A DNA stretch of 64,000 nt from Microbotryum violaceum (taxonomy: Eukaryota), in contig CDLV01000004.1 of NCBI GenBank assembly GCA_001244265.2, positions 2,914,001-2,978,000 of the forward strand. Direction: 5' to 3'. Made by a program: the position numbers and the translations under genes. Each line of letters begins with the position of its first letter. The first letter of the stretch is position 1. The notes under the pieces are model-generated. The model did no database searches. It was not told the origin of the DNA and saw only the letters and a list, made by a program, of their open reading frames with translations. Of the stretch, positions 1-20,159 are shown piece after piece.

Positions 1-611
1 AACCTTGCTGGTGGGGCTGAAATGACCGATCAGGAGATTGTGGACCTGGTTATTGCCGAAGAGTTGGAGGAGAATTGCGAGGGAGAACTTGAAGGGGGAG
101 AGGAGGAAGCGGAGATAGAGCTCCGACGGGCGGAGCGAATGACGCTGAAGGAGGCAATCTCAGCGCTTGATGTTGTCCTTAGGTTTGCTATGAATGGGTA
201 CTCAGGTCCAAAGGATTTGATTATTTTGAGGACGAGGCTAGGAGGATTCGCAGGACTCTTGTTGCCGAGCAGGATGCCGCGAGGATTCAGACGACAATGG
301 CCCCGTATTTCCAGCTCAGTAGGTCAAAATATTTTTGCTTGGAGCTTTCAAAACTTGTTAGATGTCATCATGCCTCGGTAGAGGCCGTACATTGACTGCA
401 ATTCAGCAATTCGGGCCTTCTGAATTTCCTCCCCTCAAAGGTCAATCGACTCAAACGATGCACGAAAATTCTTGATTTGATATAGGAAGCTCAAAAACGG
501 AGTTTCAGGTCACAATGTAGTGATCTGAAGCCGAAGTCTCCAAACTTATACCTGTCTTAATTTATGGGAAAATCCGTCCACCGAAAATATAAATTTTCTC
601 GGGTTTGACTG
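1..611 (+). mobile_element. 3' end of a pogo/Tigger-like (Tc1/mariner) DNA transposon: acidic transposase C-terminus plus right terminus
   Basis: ORF 22-381 (MTDQEIVDLV...acidic run...TLKEAISALDVV) resembles pogo/CENP-B-type transposase tails. The element ends ...GGGTTTGACTG followed by TA (612-613), and the sequence after it is the Helitron head repeat also seen uninterrupted at 18171-18270. Confidence 0.6.
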
Positions 612-697
612 TAGCTAGCTGGGACGCTGGACCGAGAGCTGCCTATGACGTCACGCCACGTGGTTGGTCTTTGTCTCAGGACGTTTTGTATTTTATA
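612..697 (-). mobile_element. Helitron 5'-head fragment (interrupted by the pogo insertion)
   Basis: Matches 18172-18270 and, inverted, about 50740-50840 (AAAACGTCCTGAGACA...CCACGTGG...GCAGCTCTCGGTCCAGCGTCCCAGCTAGCTA). Confidence 0.75.
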
Positions 698-735
698 CTA
701 GGTTCGGCGGCGCGCTCCGCGCGCCACCTCACACC
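698..735 (-). mobile_element. Helitron 3' terminus (GC hairpin + CTAG)
   Basis: Minus strand reads GTGAGGTGGCGCGCGGAGCGCGCCGCCGAACCTAG|T, a hairpin followed by CTAG and host T. Same sequence as the + strand terminus at 53256-53290. Confidence 0.85.
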
Positions 736-1222
736 GTAACCCCTGATCCGCCGCAATGCGGCTTGTATACATGTAAGGATATATCCTTACACATGAGTTA
801 AGGTCAATACACAACCAAATCTGTTCATCTTGATATTGTAACATCAACATATAACTATTCCTGGATGGTGTCTGCAAGGACTACATGATAGCATGTGTAT
901 TGCAAGACTTGTAGTGATTCAAAATTTCTGTGCCCTTACCGCACCCTCGTATCCTTACATGTGTCGACATGTGTAAGGATACGCCCGTGCGCGCACGTGA
1001 CATGCGTAAGGATACGCTCGCGCGCAAAGAGCACTGGCTGCTGCTGGTGAATAATTGACTCTTTCCGCACACCAGTGGTTGTCAAAGTATCGCCATGGCC
1101 ATTTTTGCACTAAGTTTAGTTATACATACTATTGCTGACCGCTATCATAGCCCTTACTGTACACTACATAAGTGATTGGCAAGGCCAAAACTTCACTGGA
1201 CCACTGGGGCACAACTTTGTGA

Positions 1223-1579
<357 letters not shown>

Positions 1580-1582
1580 TAG

Positions 1583-9000
<7,418 letters not shown>

Positions 9001-9245
9001 TAGGAAGTCCTCCAACGCTTCATTAATAACAAACTCTACTGTAATCCCAAGAAATGCGAATTCAACCGGGCTTCAACGGAGTATCTCGGTTTCATAATCT
9101 CGCCTTCTGGAGTCTCAATGTCTCAAGACAAAGTCAAAGCAATCACCTCATGGCCCACCCCAACCTCTCTCAAGGAACTTCAACAATTTCTTGGCTTCTG
9201 CAACTTCTATCGACGGTTCATCAAAGGCTACTCAAGGGTCATCGC

Positions 9246-12200
9246 TGTCGCAACAAGGACTAAGAGGTACTCCACGACTCAGCTCCGAGATACACGAGTG
9301 AGATGATGAGAATAGCGTGGAGAAGGAACCCAGAAGGAAAAAAGACGCAAAGACAAAGATAGGCGCGCGCGCAGAATAAAGTATTAACCAAGACTAATAG
9401 CAATGAGTTAGGCTCTCAGACCCCACTTCTAACACTCCCACCGGTCAAAGAGACTAACGAGACCATTCCAAGTAGCGCACAAAGTTGATCAAAGCGTTGA
9501 AATCCCAAAGGCTTCGTCATAATATCCGCGGCATTGACGTGGGTAGGGCAGTATTCAAGTTCGACCTCGCCAGAAGCAACCCGTTCTTGAACGAACAAAT
9601 GAGCAATGTTGAAGTGCTTGGTCGCATGTGATCGACCGGATCCTTGGCGATCTGGATGCATGCGGCGTTGTCCTCTTGAATGACAGTAGGCTGTGCTTGT
9701 GGAATGCCAACATCACCAGCCAAACAACGGAGCCAGATTGCTTCACAAGTGGCTGAGGATGCAGAGAGGATTTCGGCTTCGGTAGTGGATGTAGTGATCA
9801 TAGATTGTTGCTTCGACTGCCAGGAGATAACGCCGCCAGCGAGCATTGATGCATAGGCTCCCACCAATCTGCGAGATTCCGGGTCATCCGCAAACGAGGC
9901 ATCGGAGTAGACCATCAATTGAGTTGTGGAACTGTTTCGATAAAGAATTCCCAAATCGATGGTGCTGTTGAGGTAGCGAAATATATGCTTGACCGCAGCC
10001 CAATCGTTGACAGTTGGACAGGAGTTCTTTTGAGCAACGGCACGAACAGCAATCGCGATATTGGGTCGACATCGAGTGGATGCGTACTGCAGGGAACCCA
10101 CAGCCGATTGGTACAATGACACATCGGCAAACGGAGTAGCATTGATTCGAAGCGAGGGGTGATTGTCCATGGGCGTGATTGCACGGCGCTTGGATGGAGA
10201 AGCGAAATCGAACTTCTTGAGCATAGTGCGGACACACTTGCTTTGGTGAACGAGGATGTAATCTTTGGTGCGATGAATTTCGAAGCCCAGGAAGTAGGAG
10301 ATGGGTCCGAGACGCTTGAGCTGGAAGGCCTTGTGAAGCGATCCGAGCTCGGAGTCCAAGAAGGACTGATTGTTGGACGTGATGAGACCGTCGTCAACAT
10401 AGAGAGTGATGATAGCAAACAAAGTGCCCAAATGTTTGATGTAGAGGCAAGCATCAGCAGTTGCCCTCATGTAGCCTCGAGACACCATGAGATTGTTGAC
10501 GGCTCAATACCATTCACAGGGCGCCTGTTTGGTGCCATACATGGAACCCACGAGCTTGAGGCACTTGCCAGGGGATTGAGGACGATTCCATCCTTTTGGG
10601 TATCAAACATAGACATCCTTGGTCATCTTGCCGTTGAGAAAGGCGCAGTCAAAATCGAACTGTTTGAGACACAGGCCCTGAGCAGCAGCCAGAGCAATCA
10701 AGAACAAAATTGTCGAAGAACGAGCGACAGGAGCGTAGGTGTCATGGTTGTCGATGCCTGGGCGTTGAGCAAATCCTTGAGCAACGAGACGAGCTTTGAA
10801 ACGAATGATTTTGCCGTTTGCATTGCGCATGATACTGTAGACCCAGATCGTGCCGAGTACCCGAATTCCTTTGTGCCACTTGACTTCCTGAAAGACTCCA
10901 TGATGATCAAATTGTAGAAGTTCTGAGACCATTGCCGCACTCCAATGGTTGCGATAGGGTGACTTCATGGCTTCCTCGGAATGTCTTGGGTATCTCGATG
11001 TCTTCTTTGGCAAACATGGCAGCACAGTAGGCATTGTAGGAAAGCTTGTCGTGGAACATGGGTGGAGTATCCAAGACATTGACCATGATAGCCGAAATGA
11101 TGGGAAGTATATTTTCCGGAGGTTGAGGTCGACAACAAAAACCAGCAGGAAGGATGTTGGAAGGATCAACATTCTCGAATTGGCCAGGATTTGGACCAGT
11201 GCAAACAATGGCATAACCTTCACGAGGAGCGAGAGCGACTTCCGCCTCACCGTCGAGTGGTTCTTGAGGAACGACTGCAAGATACCCCCCCTGTTGACCA
11301 ACTCCAATTGGAACCACCGGAGGAGGCTGTGGATCCGGCAAAGTTGGATCCACAACAGGTGAAGTTGGTGTAGACAGCAACACATCTAGCGGAGGATGAG
11401 GAGGATGAGGAGGTTGAGAATGATGAACGGGATCAGAAGCGTCCGCACAATCTTGAGACAAAGTGACGACGGAAAGAGTCTCAAGGAATGTGACGTGACG
11501 CGAAACGTAGACCTGTTTCGACGATTGGACCCAGACAGGGTAGTTGTATTCACCGGAGCACCCGATGAAAACTCCCTGAATGGAGCGAGGTGCAAGCTTG
11601 GAGCGACGCTCCTTGGGAACGTGGAAAAACGCCCTAGATCCGAATGGCTGAAGATGAGCAAGACTAGGCTTCTTGCCGAGAATAACTTTGATTGCTGTTT
11701 TTCCTTGAATACGAGGATGTGGTCGACGATTGAGAACAAATGTTGTGACGGCCAGAGCATCTGACCAGAATCGCATGGGAAGACCGGAGTCGAGGAGCAT
11801 TGATCAAACAAGACCCATGAGAGATCCATTGAGTCGCTCTACTTGACCATTTTGCTCCGGAGTATAGGGGGCCGTGAATTCCACGATGATGCCCTGCTTT
11901 TCAAGAAGAGCCCGGAACAATGAGTTGTCAAATTCACGACCATTGTCCGATCTGACACTCTTGATTTTCTGACCCGTTTGACGCTCGGACTCGGCTTGAA
12001 ATTTCGACCATGCTTCGATAATCGTCTCAGCCCTCTTGTCCTTTAGCACGATCGTCCATTTAGCCGTCGAATACTGATCCACGATAGCGAGATAGATAAT
12101 ATCGCCATGGTGATTGGGATGTTCAACAAACCCGAGATTGATGAAGACGCGGTAGAGTGCATGAGGCGCTTCGGTACTCTTGTTGGAGAAGGGTGATCGC

Positions 12201-13970
12201 TTTGACTTGGCCTGGATGCACAAGAAGCAAGGAGTAACCTTTTCGTCCTTCAGAGTGATTCCAGTGATAGCCCCGGATTTGACGGCCAAAACAATCGCCG
12301 CAGGAGATTGATGGCCCAACTTCCGATGTGCTTCCATCAACGTACAAGTTCCAGTGAGACGATTGGCTCCGACCATTGAAGGCGGTGAGGATGACATGAT
12401 AGGCTGAACGGGAGCTGCATCCATGACAAACCCCGACCAGGAAGCGAGCGCAGAATTGACTTGCCGCGGATGCTGAAAATGAGATTGCTTTGGGGACCAA
12501 CAGCGTACGTCATCGATTCCAACAGACGGTCGATGGAGATAAAACCGCATTGAGCACCGGGCATGTAGTAGACCCTCTTAATGGTGATACGAGCGCCATA
12601 TGAGGTAAGAAACGTCACTAAGCCATGACCGGGAGATTCGATTTGAGATTGATCGGCGACAGAAATTTTGAGAGGCTCAGAGACACGTCCGATAGGACCG
12701 ACTTGTCTCCAACGCAATGGACCTTAGCACCCGAGTCAATGATCCATGGAAAACGTGGCATCGTTCGCGAATAGGGGAAAGTGTAGGTCATCAATGCAGA
12801 TTCATCTACACCAATGGCAGCTACGTTCGAATTTGAGTCCGAGGAAGCGGGAGCGCTCGCATCCTTGTTCCTGCTTGGACAGAGACGCCAACCACGCTCG
12901 TGTCCCAGTGCTTTGCAGCGCGAACAATACGACTTGGAGTAGTCCTTTTGCGCCGTGGTGGAAATACGGGCGACGAGGCTAGTATTGTCAACGATCCGAG
13001 CGGATAACGATTCCTTTTGTTTGTTTCGGGAATCAGCCATTTCGACGTTCATCAGGAGTTTCGGATAGAACGTGTTCCAATCCATGTGGATGTCGATGTC
13101 GGAGGCAAGGTTCCCAACGATCGAGTCATACTGGGCTGGGAGCGACCGAACGAGCATGCCTGCAAACAGCCAATGCGGAAGCGGAGCTCCGAGGTTCTGA
13201 AAATCGGTCATGGCGATCTTGACCTTGTTGACGAATTCCTTAAAAGGAATATCCCCAGAGTAAGGTTGCGCTAGAGCGTTGAGGAGGCCATAGTGCGACT
13301 CGGGCGACCGTGAGAGTGGAGACCACGGAGGGTGTCCCACATCTCGTACACCGAGGTAAGATGAATCAAGTAAGACATCTGTTCCTCAGAGATCGAATTG
13401 GCGATGTACTTGTATGCCAAATCGTTGCGGCGGATGGCCCGTTCGCGATATTCCGCGACCTTGTCCGCAACTTGAACGCTGGTGAGCCTGGGCGAGGCGT
13501 CCGAGTGCGCAGAACCAGAGCCCCCCCCAAGCCCGCTAAAGCCGGAGGAGGCTGGTTCAACTGGCGCGACGGACGCAGTTGCATGTGCGATAACGAGCGT
13601 GGACCGATAGTCCGCGACAAGGGAGTCGATGGATTGATTGACGACATCCCATACTTTGTCGGCTCGAATATTGATAAACGCACGTTGTGACCAGCTCTTG
13701 TACCCTTGTGTGTCCTTGAGATACAAGCGATTGCCCGACCCGTTGGGGAAGTCGGATTCGCCCGTTGAGCTCATAACCTGTCGCAACAAGGACTAAGAGG
13801 TACTCCACAACTCAGCTCCGAGATACACGAGTGAGATGATGAGAATAGCGTGACTTTGCAGTAACTAACCTAAGAGGTACTCCACGACTCAGCTCCGAGA
13901 TACACGAGTGAGATGATGAGAATAGCGTGGAGAAGGAACCCAGAAGGAAAAAAGACGCAAAGACAAAGAT
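9246..13970 (-). mobile_element. Copia-2: degenerate Ty1/Copia element with truncated 5' LTR
   Basis: 3' LTR 9246-9434 next to PPT; 5' LTR 13779-13970 cut at its outer end; GGTTATGAGC start after the LTR. Gag CSRCKALGHERGWRLC, protease WIIDSGA, integrase RSDNGREF/QNGQVER, RT YVDD and RNase H, broken by many stops and frameshifts. Confidence 0.92.
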
Positions 13971-16570
13971 TGGTGTGGTGGAAGGGAGTGTCGTGGGCGA
14001 GCCGAGTGGAACAAGGTGAGTCATTGTCACGGTTGTCCTTGTGATCGTTGTGCTTATCGTCCACATAATTGTCACAGTTCTCCTCGCAGTCCTCTGCGGA
14101 CTTGATGCGATTAGGCAAGTCGCTTGTACGATCGGTGATAGGAAATTCTCCTGTTGGAGTCGGGGATTTCGATAGCCGGGGTGCGGACACCGTGCAGGTC
14201 AATGCTTCAGCTTGAAGGTCGCCAGAATCGTCCTGAGGATGCGCTGAGTTTGCCGACTCGGGGACCGACTGGCCGTTTCCTTTCCTGATTCGACGATTGG
14301 TTCCTACCGTTGATTGGCGTTTGATGCTTGGGAGTTTGAATCTCGACTTGGGAGTCCGCCATTGGGGCCGGTCTCCAGCTCCAGAACGAGTCCGAGCCCA
14401 GGGCCCGGCGTCACGGTCGGGAAGTTGGCGGTTCCGCAATCTCATTGATGAAAGATTTGAGTCCGTGCCTGCTGGCACAAAGCTGGAGGTCGCAATTGGC
14501 TGGTTCGCAAAATTCAAACAGTGCCACGGTGTTGACGTCGATGGGCGGTGTGGGGACAATTGGGTGAACAAATGTGAACAAAGGCTTCGAGCTGAGTGCG
14601 CCTCCTGTCGTTCCACATGGCACGTGCGCGCGCGGGCGTATCCTTACACATGTCGACACATGTAAGGATACGAGGGTGCGGTAAGGATACAGGAGGTGCA
14701 GTAAGGACACATAAATTTTGAATCACTACAAGTCTTGCAATACACATGCTATCATGTAGTCCTTGCAGACACCATTCAGAAATAGTTATATGTTGATGGT
14801 ACAATTTCAAGACGAACAGATTTGGTTGTGTATTGACCTTAACTCATGTGTAAGGATATATCCTTACATGTGTCGTGGCCGGCTGCAATATGATGTACTT
14901 TGCTGCAACAGCTGCGCTACTGTTGTAACGGAAACCTAGTGGTTCAAGTCCGGAGAGGACCGCGCGCGACAATCAAATGTACAGTCTTCATTGCATCATT
15001 GAACTACTTTTTTGTTCTCCGGGAGCCCGATGATGGACTTAGAATGTCGTCGAGACCTGCGTCGAGTGTGGACCTTTTCACGGGTGTTGCAAGCTTGACT
15101 TGCGAGCTGCCACGTAATGGTGAGCCGCAATTCATCGAGTTAGACGTCTGTTTTTGTGTGACACAATTATCAGTATTCTTGCTGTTGTCTATCTGTAGCC
15201 ATGGCAGTGAAGACTTACATTTAGTCTCCCATGGACCCGGATTCTCAGCGGTATGAAGTCAATCTTTCCGCTGTATTTTCCCGTGGCCTTTGACTTCCAC
15301 GCTCTGCCTTGTATCGAGCACATGACTGAACAGACATCCCCCACCCTTAGGATGGTGCCTCACACTGAAAATCAGCAGCTCTGTTACACGAAACGCTCTC
15401 GCTCAAGCCGTTCCCATTGAAGACGTCTTTGCTGACCTTGAGACCTCCAAGAGATCGCAGCGTTCATAGCCGGTGGATCCATTGGATGAAGTTGATCCTC
15501 CGGCAGTAGACGCAGTGTCAGCGCCATCGGTGACTGTGTGGCGGCTTGACGTCGGTGTGCCCTAGATCTTCTGAAAGTAGACTGGTTCGTCTATGTTGAT
15601 GCGGTAGACGCAGGGTTCGGCAAAGAACTGTGGGACCGGACTGGAACGCTCTCGCTCGAGCCTTTCCCATTGAAAATGTTGTTGCTGGCCTTCAGACCTC
15701 CGAGACGTCGTGCAGCTATCAGTATTCTTGCTGTTGTCCATCTGTAGCAATGGCAGTGAAGACTTGCATTTAGTGTTCCCATGACCCGGATTCTGCACCG
15801 TACGAAGTCAAGCCGCACCTCAACTTCCCCCCAGAAGTCAGCATTCCATGAAGCAAGCGACTTCGGAATAACGGGAAGGCATTGCTTCGAATCCCCTGTG
15901 ATGGTACAGTCCTACCGGCCAGTTAGTCATGCTGCCCTGCGCTTTGCTTTTGAAAAATTGGCACATACTTGCCAACACGACGGTCACTCCACCGAACCGA
16001 GCCGTTGAGGATCTGCCACGAGATGTAGCCCCTCAACTTCCCCACAGAAGCCAGCATTCCATGATGCAAGCGTCGACGATTTGTGCAGGCCATAACTTTG
16101 GAATGCGGGGAGGCATCTTAAGAAAACTTGTCCCCTGTGATGTTACAGTCCAACCGGTCAGTTAGTCATGCTGCCCTGCGCTGTGCTGCTGAAACATTGG
16201 CACGCACCTGCCAACACAACGGTCAGTCCACCAAACCGAGCCGTTGACGATCGCACATGTTGCAACATCCTGTCCACCAGCTGGAAACATCGACGGTGCT
16301 GCATCGGTGCCTCGTCCCAGAGCTCGGCGAGCTGTCCTTGTTTCGGAACATTGCATGTAGAGTCGTCGAAGATGTTGATCGGGATCTTGAACCGTGAATG
16401 TGCCGTTCTGCCTTTTGGCAGTAGCAGTGCGGCAATACCCGATGATGCAACGGCAAGAGCGTATATTCCCTCTGACCGAATCCGAGCAAGGACCGTTTCT
16501 TCCAAGAACGTTTTGCCTGTCCCTCCCGGAGCATCAAGGAAATCGACGATTTGTGTAGGCGATGACTTGG

Positions 16571-17290
16571 GAATAATGGGAAGGCATTGCTTCGGTTCCT
16601 CTGTGATGTTACAGTCGAACCGGTCAGTTAAACATGCTGCCCTGCACTTTGCTCTTGAAAGATTGGCACATACCTGCCAACACGACGGTCACTCCACTGA
16701 ACCGAGCCGTGGAATAACGGGAAGGCATTGCTTCGGATGTCCTGTGATGTTACAGTCCAACCGGTCATTAGTCATGCTGCCCTGCGCTTTGCTTTTGAAA
16801 GATTGGCACATACCTGCCAACATGACGGTCACTCCACCGAACCGAGCCGTTGAGGGTGACGGGAAGGCATTGCTTCGGATCCCCTGTGATGTTACAGTCC
16901 AACCGGTCAGTTAAGCATGCTGCCCTGCGTTTTGCTTCTGAAAGATTGGCACACACCTGCCAACGCGATGGTCACCCCACCAAACCGAGCCATGGAATAA
17001 CGGGATGGCATTGCTTCGGATCCCCTGTGATGTTACAGTCGATGTTACAGTCCAACCAGTCAGTCAGTCATGCTGCCCTGCGCCTTGCTTTTGAAATATT
17101 GGCACATACCTGCCAACACGACGGTCACTACACCGAACCGAGCCGTGGAATAACGGAAAGACATTGCTTCGGATCCCCTGTGCTGTTACAGTCGAACCGG
17201 TCATTAGTCATGCTGCCCTGCGTTTTGCTTTTGAAAGTTTCGCACACACCTGCCAACGTGATGGTCACCCCACCGAACCGAGACATTGAG
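16571..17290. repeat. ~141-bp tandem repeat, 5 units (Helitron helicase intron + exon flanks)
   Basis: Unit starts near 16571, 16711, 16852, 16994 and 17147; extra copies at ~15866-16005 and ~16135-16245; mirrored at ~51720-52440. Confidence 0.9.
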
Positions 17291-18270
17291 GACCTGCCAC
17301 GGGATGGTGAGCCGCAAGTCACGCGACCAGAGCCTGTTTTCTGGCATGATTCGTTACAACTATCAGTATTCTCGCTGTTGTCCATCTGTAGCAATGGCAG
17401 TGAAGACTCACATTTAGTGTCCCAATGACCCGGCGGATCTTCAACCGTACAAAGTCAATCCTTCCGCTGTTTCACTGACGTTCAATGTCTGTTTTTGGTG
17501 TCAGTTTTTCCGTCATATCTAAGACTGCACAGCCATGTCAAGGGAGGACCCACGTATGCAATGTCACCAGCTGAAGGTGAAGAAACAACTCGAGGGTTGA
17601 CACTCCTCGAAGAGGAAGTGTTGAATGGAATTTCTGCTTGGTAGTTTTCCATTAGCTTCTGAACAACACAGCAAGAGCACAATCCATGAAGTTACTTACT
17701 CGAATTCGTAGCTATGTTGCTTGCAGCCATTTCTTGATTCCGTATTCGTTGCAGAGCTTCCACGGCAATCGCTTCGGATGTCGGAAGCTTGAGGTGGCGA
17801 CGGGATGAAGTGCGATGGGTAAGGTGTGAAGAGCAGGAGGGAGAAAGATGGAGAAGCCTGCGCCTCAGTTTAAACCGGACTCATAGAATGTCGCGGAAGG
17901 CTGCGGAACATTGTGGAGTGAAGCCCGAAGCAGAGGGTCACGTGCCCAGCTGCTTTGATGGGAAATGGAACCTCGACGAACGTTGGAACCTCGGCGAATG
18001 TGGACGGAACGGTCTGTCGCCACGCGGTTTGTCTCCCGTTCTCTGACGTTCTTTGACGTTGACGTGGTAGACACGCAAAACAGTCTACTTCGAGACACAG
18101 AGGGTCACGTGCTATTCAATGGAAGCTCGACGAACGTAGGCGAACGTAGGCGAAACGGTCTGAAACAGCGCTAGCTAGCTGGGACGCTGGACCGAGAGCT
18201 GCTATGACGTCATGCAACGTGGTTTGTGCCACGTGGTTTGTCTATGTCTCAGGACGTTTTTTATTTTATA

Positions 18271-18350
18271 AGTTTTAAGGATAAGTTTTAAGGATTTTAA
18301 GGACAAGTTTTAAGGATATAAGTTTTAAGGATTAAGGATAGTTTTAAGGA
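18271..18350 (-). repeat. Seven stuttered copies of the Helitron 5' terminus (TCCTTA[AAACTTA])
   Basis: TAAGGA occurs 7 times on the + strand with variable spacers. Confidence 0.85.
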
Positions 18351-18941
18351 TAGACAGTTTCAGGGATCTGCGAGATCATCTTATCTAATGGGGAACCCGG
18401 ACCGATCCAGGATTCCAGGGACCAGGACCGATCCCTCCCTCGGGCCCAATAGACGCGGTGTGTACTCCCTCCGTAACGAATATGAGAAAAGGTCTACACA
18501 GGATCTGTCGTACACGTATCAGTTGATGGTATACGGAACTACACGAATTGATTGGACTGAGTACGACAAGTTGTATGACATTCATGACATTTATGACATA
18601 ATTCGAACTTACGAGTCTTCGGAAAGTGTTATTCGTGATGATGGTAAGTCTTACACGTACTAGTAGCCCCTTATTACTTATGACCATTTGAGGTGGACTG
18701 CGCCGGGGTGGGATGGGGTGGGGAGGGCATTGGTGCGCCCGACCTGTACCAACCTCCAACCGGGCCAAAAAACAGAAAAGCTACCTTAACTCGCCCGCGC
18801 GGGGGAGCTCATCTGGCTGGGTTAACGGACCTGCCGATCTGGCCCAAACGGCGGCCCATAGATGTGTACCCGTGCCAACCTAGCCACAGTCCAACCGCAC
18901 GGCCCTTGACACCTCTCCGCACAGCCGATCACTACCGCAGC

Positions 18942-20106
18942 ATGAGCATCATCAACATTCAGTCAGTCCATGCATGCCCGTACCACAGCCCGCACACGTT
19001 TTGCTAAGCTCGCTCGAGCGTGGCAAACGCCCTCGCCCCGCCCCACCTCTTTGCTATCACGCGCGTCGCGTCACGTCGCATCGGATTAGAGCTTTGGACC
19101 GATGCCAGGGTCTCGCATCCGCCCGGGTGACCCTACGCCACTGATCATCTCGTCGACTGTGATATTATGACAGGGACGTCACTGTACTGGCCAATCCAGC
19201 AAACTTCACCGACCCATATCTCTTTCGCATCACCTTCGAATGCATGGCCCCGCTGGCAGAAGGTTCGCTTCGTCCGATCGCGTGGAGACAGGCTCAGTGG
19301 CGGTTCGAGGCTGACCCTCATCCAGACCTGACCTGAATCGCTACCGTTCCCAGATCTTGAGTGGAAGTTAATCTACGTCGGCTCAGCCGAGAGCGAGTCG
19401 TTCGACCAAGAGTTGGACACGTGCATGGTCGGGCCTGTCCCCGTTGGTGTCAACAGCTTCGAATTCGAGGTTAGTCACCTTCCTTAGCTCGACAGTCTGT
19501 TCCCCCTGTCCAGCCACTTCACTCGATTGCATCGCAAGTCTGTGTCGAAGCCATCGGTGCCTGTGTGCACCACCTCTCACTCTTCATCTCCGCTCATCAT
19601 CTCCAGGCTGCAGCACCATCGCCTTCGCGAATTCCACCGTCGGACCTTATCGGTGTCACCGTAATATTGCTCACCTGCGCGTACGCTGAGCAAGAGTTCG
19701 TTCGAATCGGCTACTACGTCAATACCGAGTACGGAGACGCAGAGCTCAAGGCGCAATATGATGCTTCGCTCGAGGAAGACGCTTTGCGGAAGTGCAGTAT
19801 GGCGGCGCCCGACCCCACCAAGTACGTCGACAAGATGGTCCGAAGTGTGTTGAGCGACAAACCTAGGGTGACCAAATTCAACATCAAGTGGTGCGTCAGT
19901 CCGTGTACCTCGCTCAATGCGCTGCGTGTCGTCATCTGGTCGAGCGGTCCTGACGGTTGTAGTTCATCGCATCGCGACCTGAACTTAGGGACTCGTCGCT
20001 GCCGTCGCTGCCTGCTTCAATTTCATCTTTTCCATCAGTCGGTGGACGAGAGCAACCGAGTGCTTCAATGCCGCCCCCTTTCAACCCTTACTCCGCGAAG
20101 CCTTAA
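18942..20106 (+). CDS. ASF1: Histone H3/H4 chaperone Asf1; exons 18942-18961, 19174-19262, 19354-19469, 19607-19890, 19989-20106
   Basis: GT-AG splicing gives [79 protein letters not shown]...[29 protein letters not shown]...[11 protein letters not shown], the Asf1 signature. Confidence 0.96.
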
Positions 20107-20159
20107 CAGAGATGTACTTTCTTGATTTGAAGGCGCAACCAATCTACATAAAGCCCCAA

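Larger units (their letters stand above)
14872..18350 (-). mobile_element. Non-autonomous Helitron (5' part) with PIF1-like helicase relics
   Basis: 5' terminus A|TCCTTAAAAC at 18350. Helicase motifs LAVASSGIAALLLPKGRTAHSRFKIP, WDEAPM and FGGLTVVLAG at 16158-16530. Homologous (inverted) to 50689-53290. Probably ends at the 698 terminus. Confidence 0.85.

Noticed and set aside
16571-17290. Regular repeats that might suggest a CRISPR array
   Set aside because: Whole units repeat with no unique spacers, the DNA is eukaryotic, and the unit is Helitron helicase sequence.
18388-18663. 91-aa ORF upstream of ASF1 as a possible pheromone precursor or small gene
   Set aside because: No C-terminal CAAX, no repeated peptide units and no recognisable motif.
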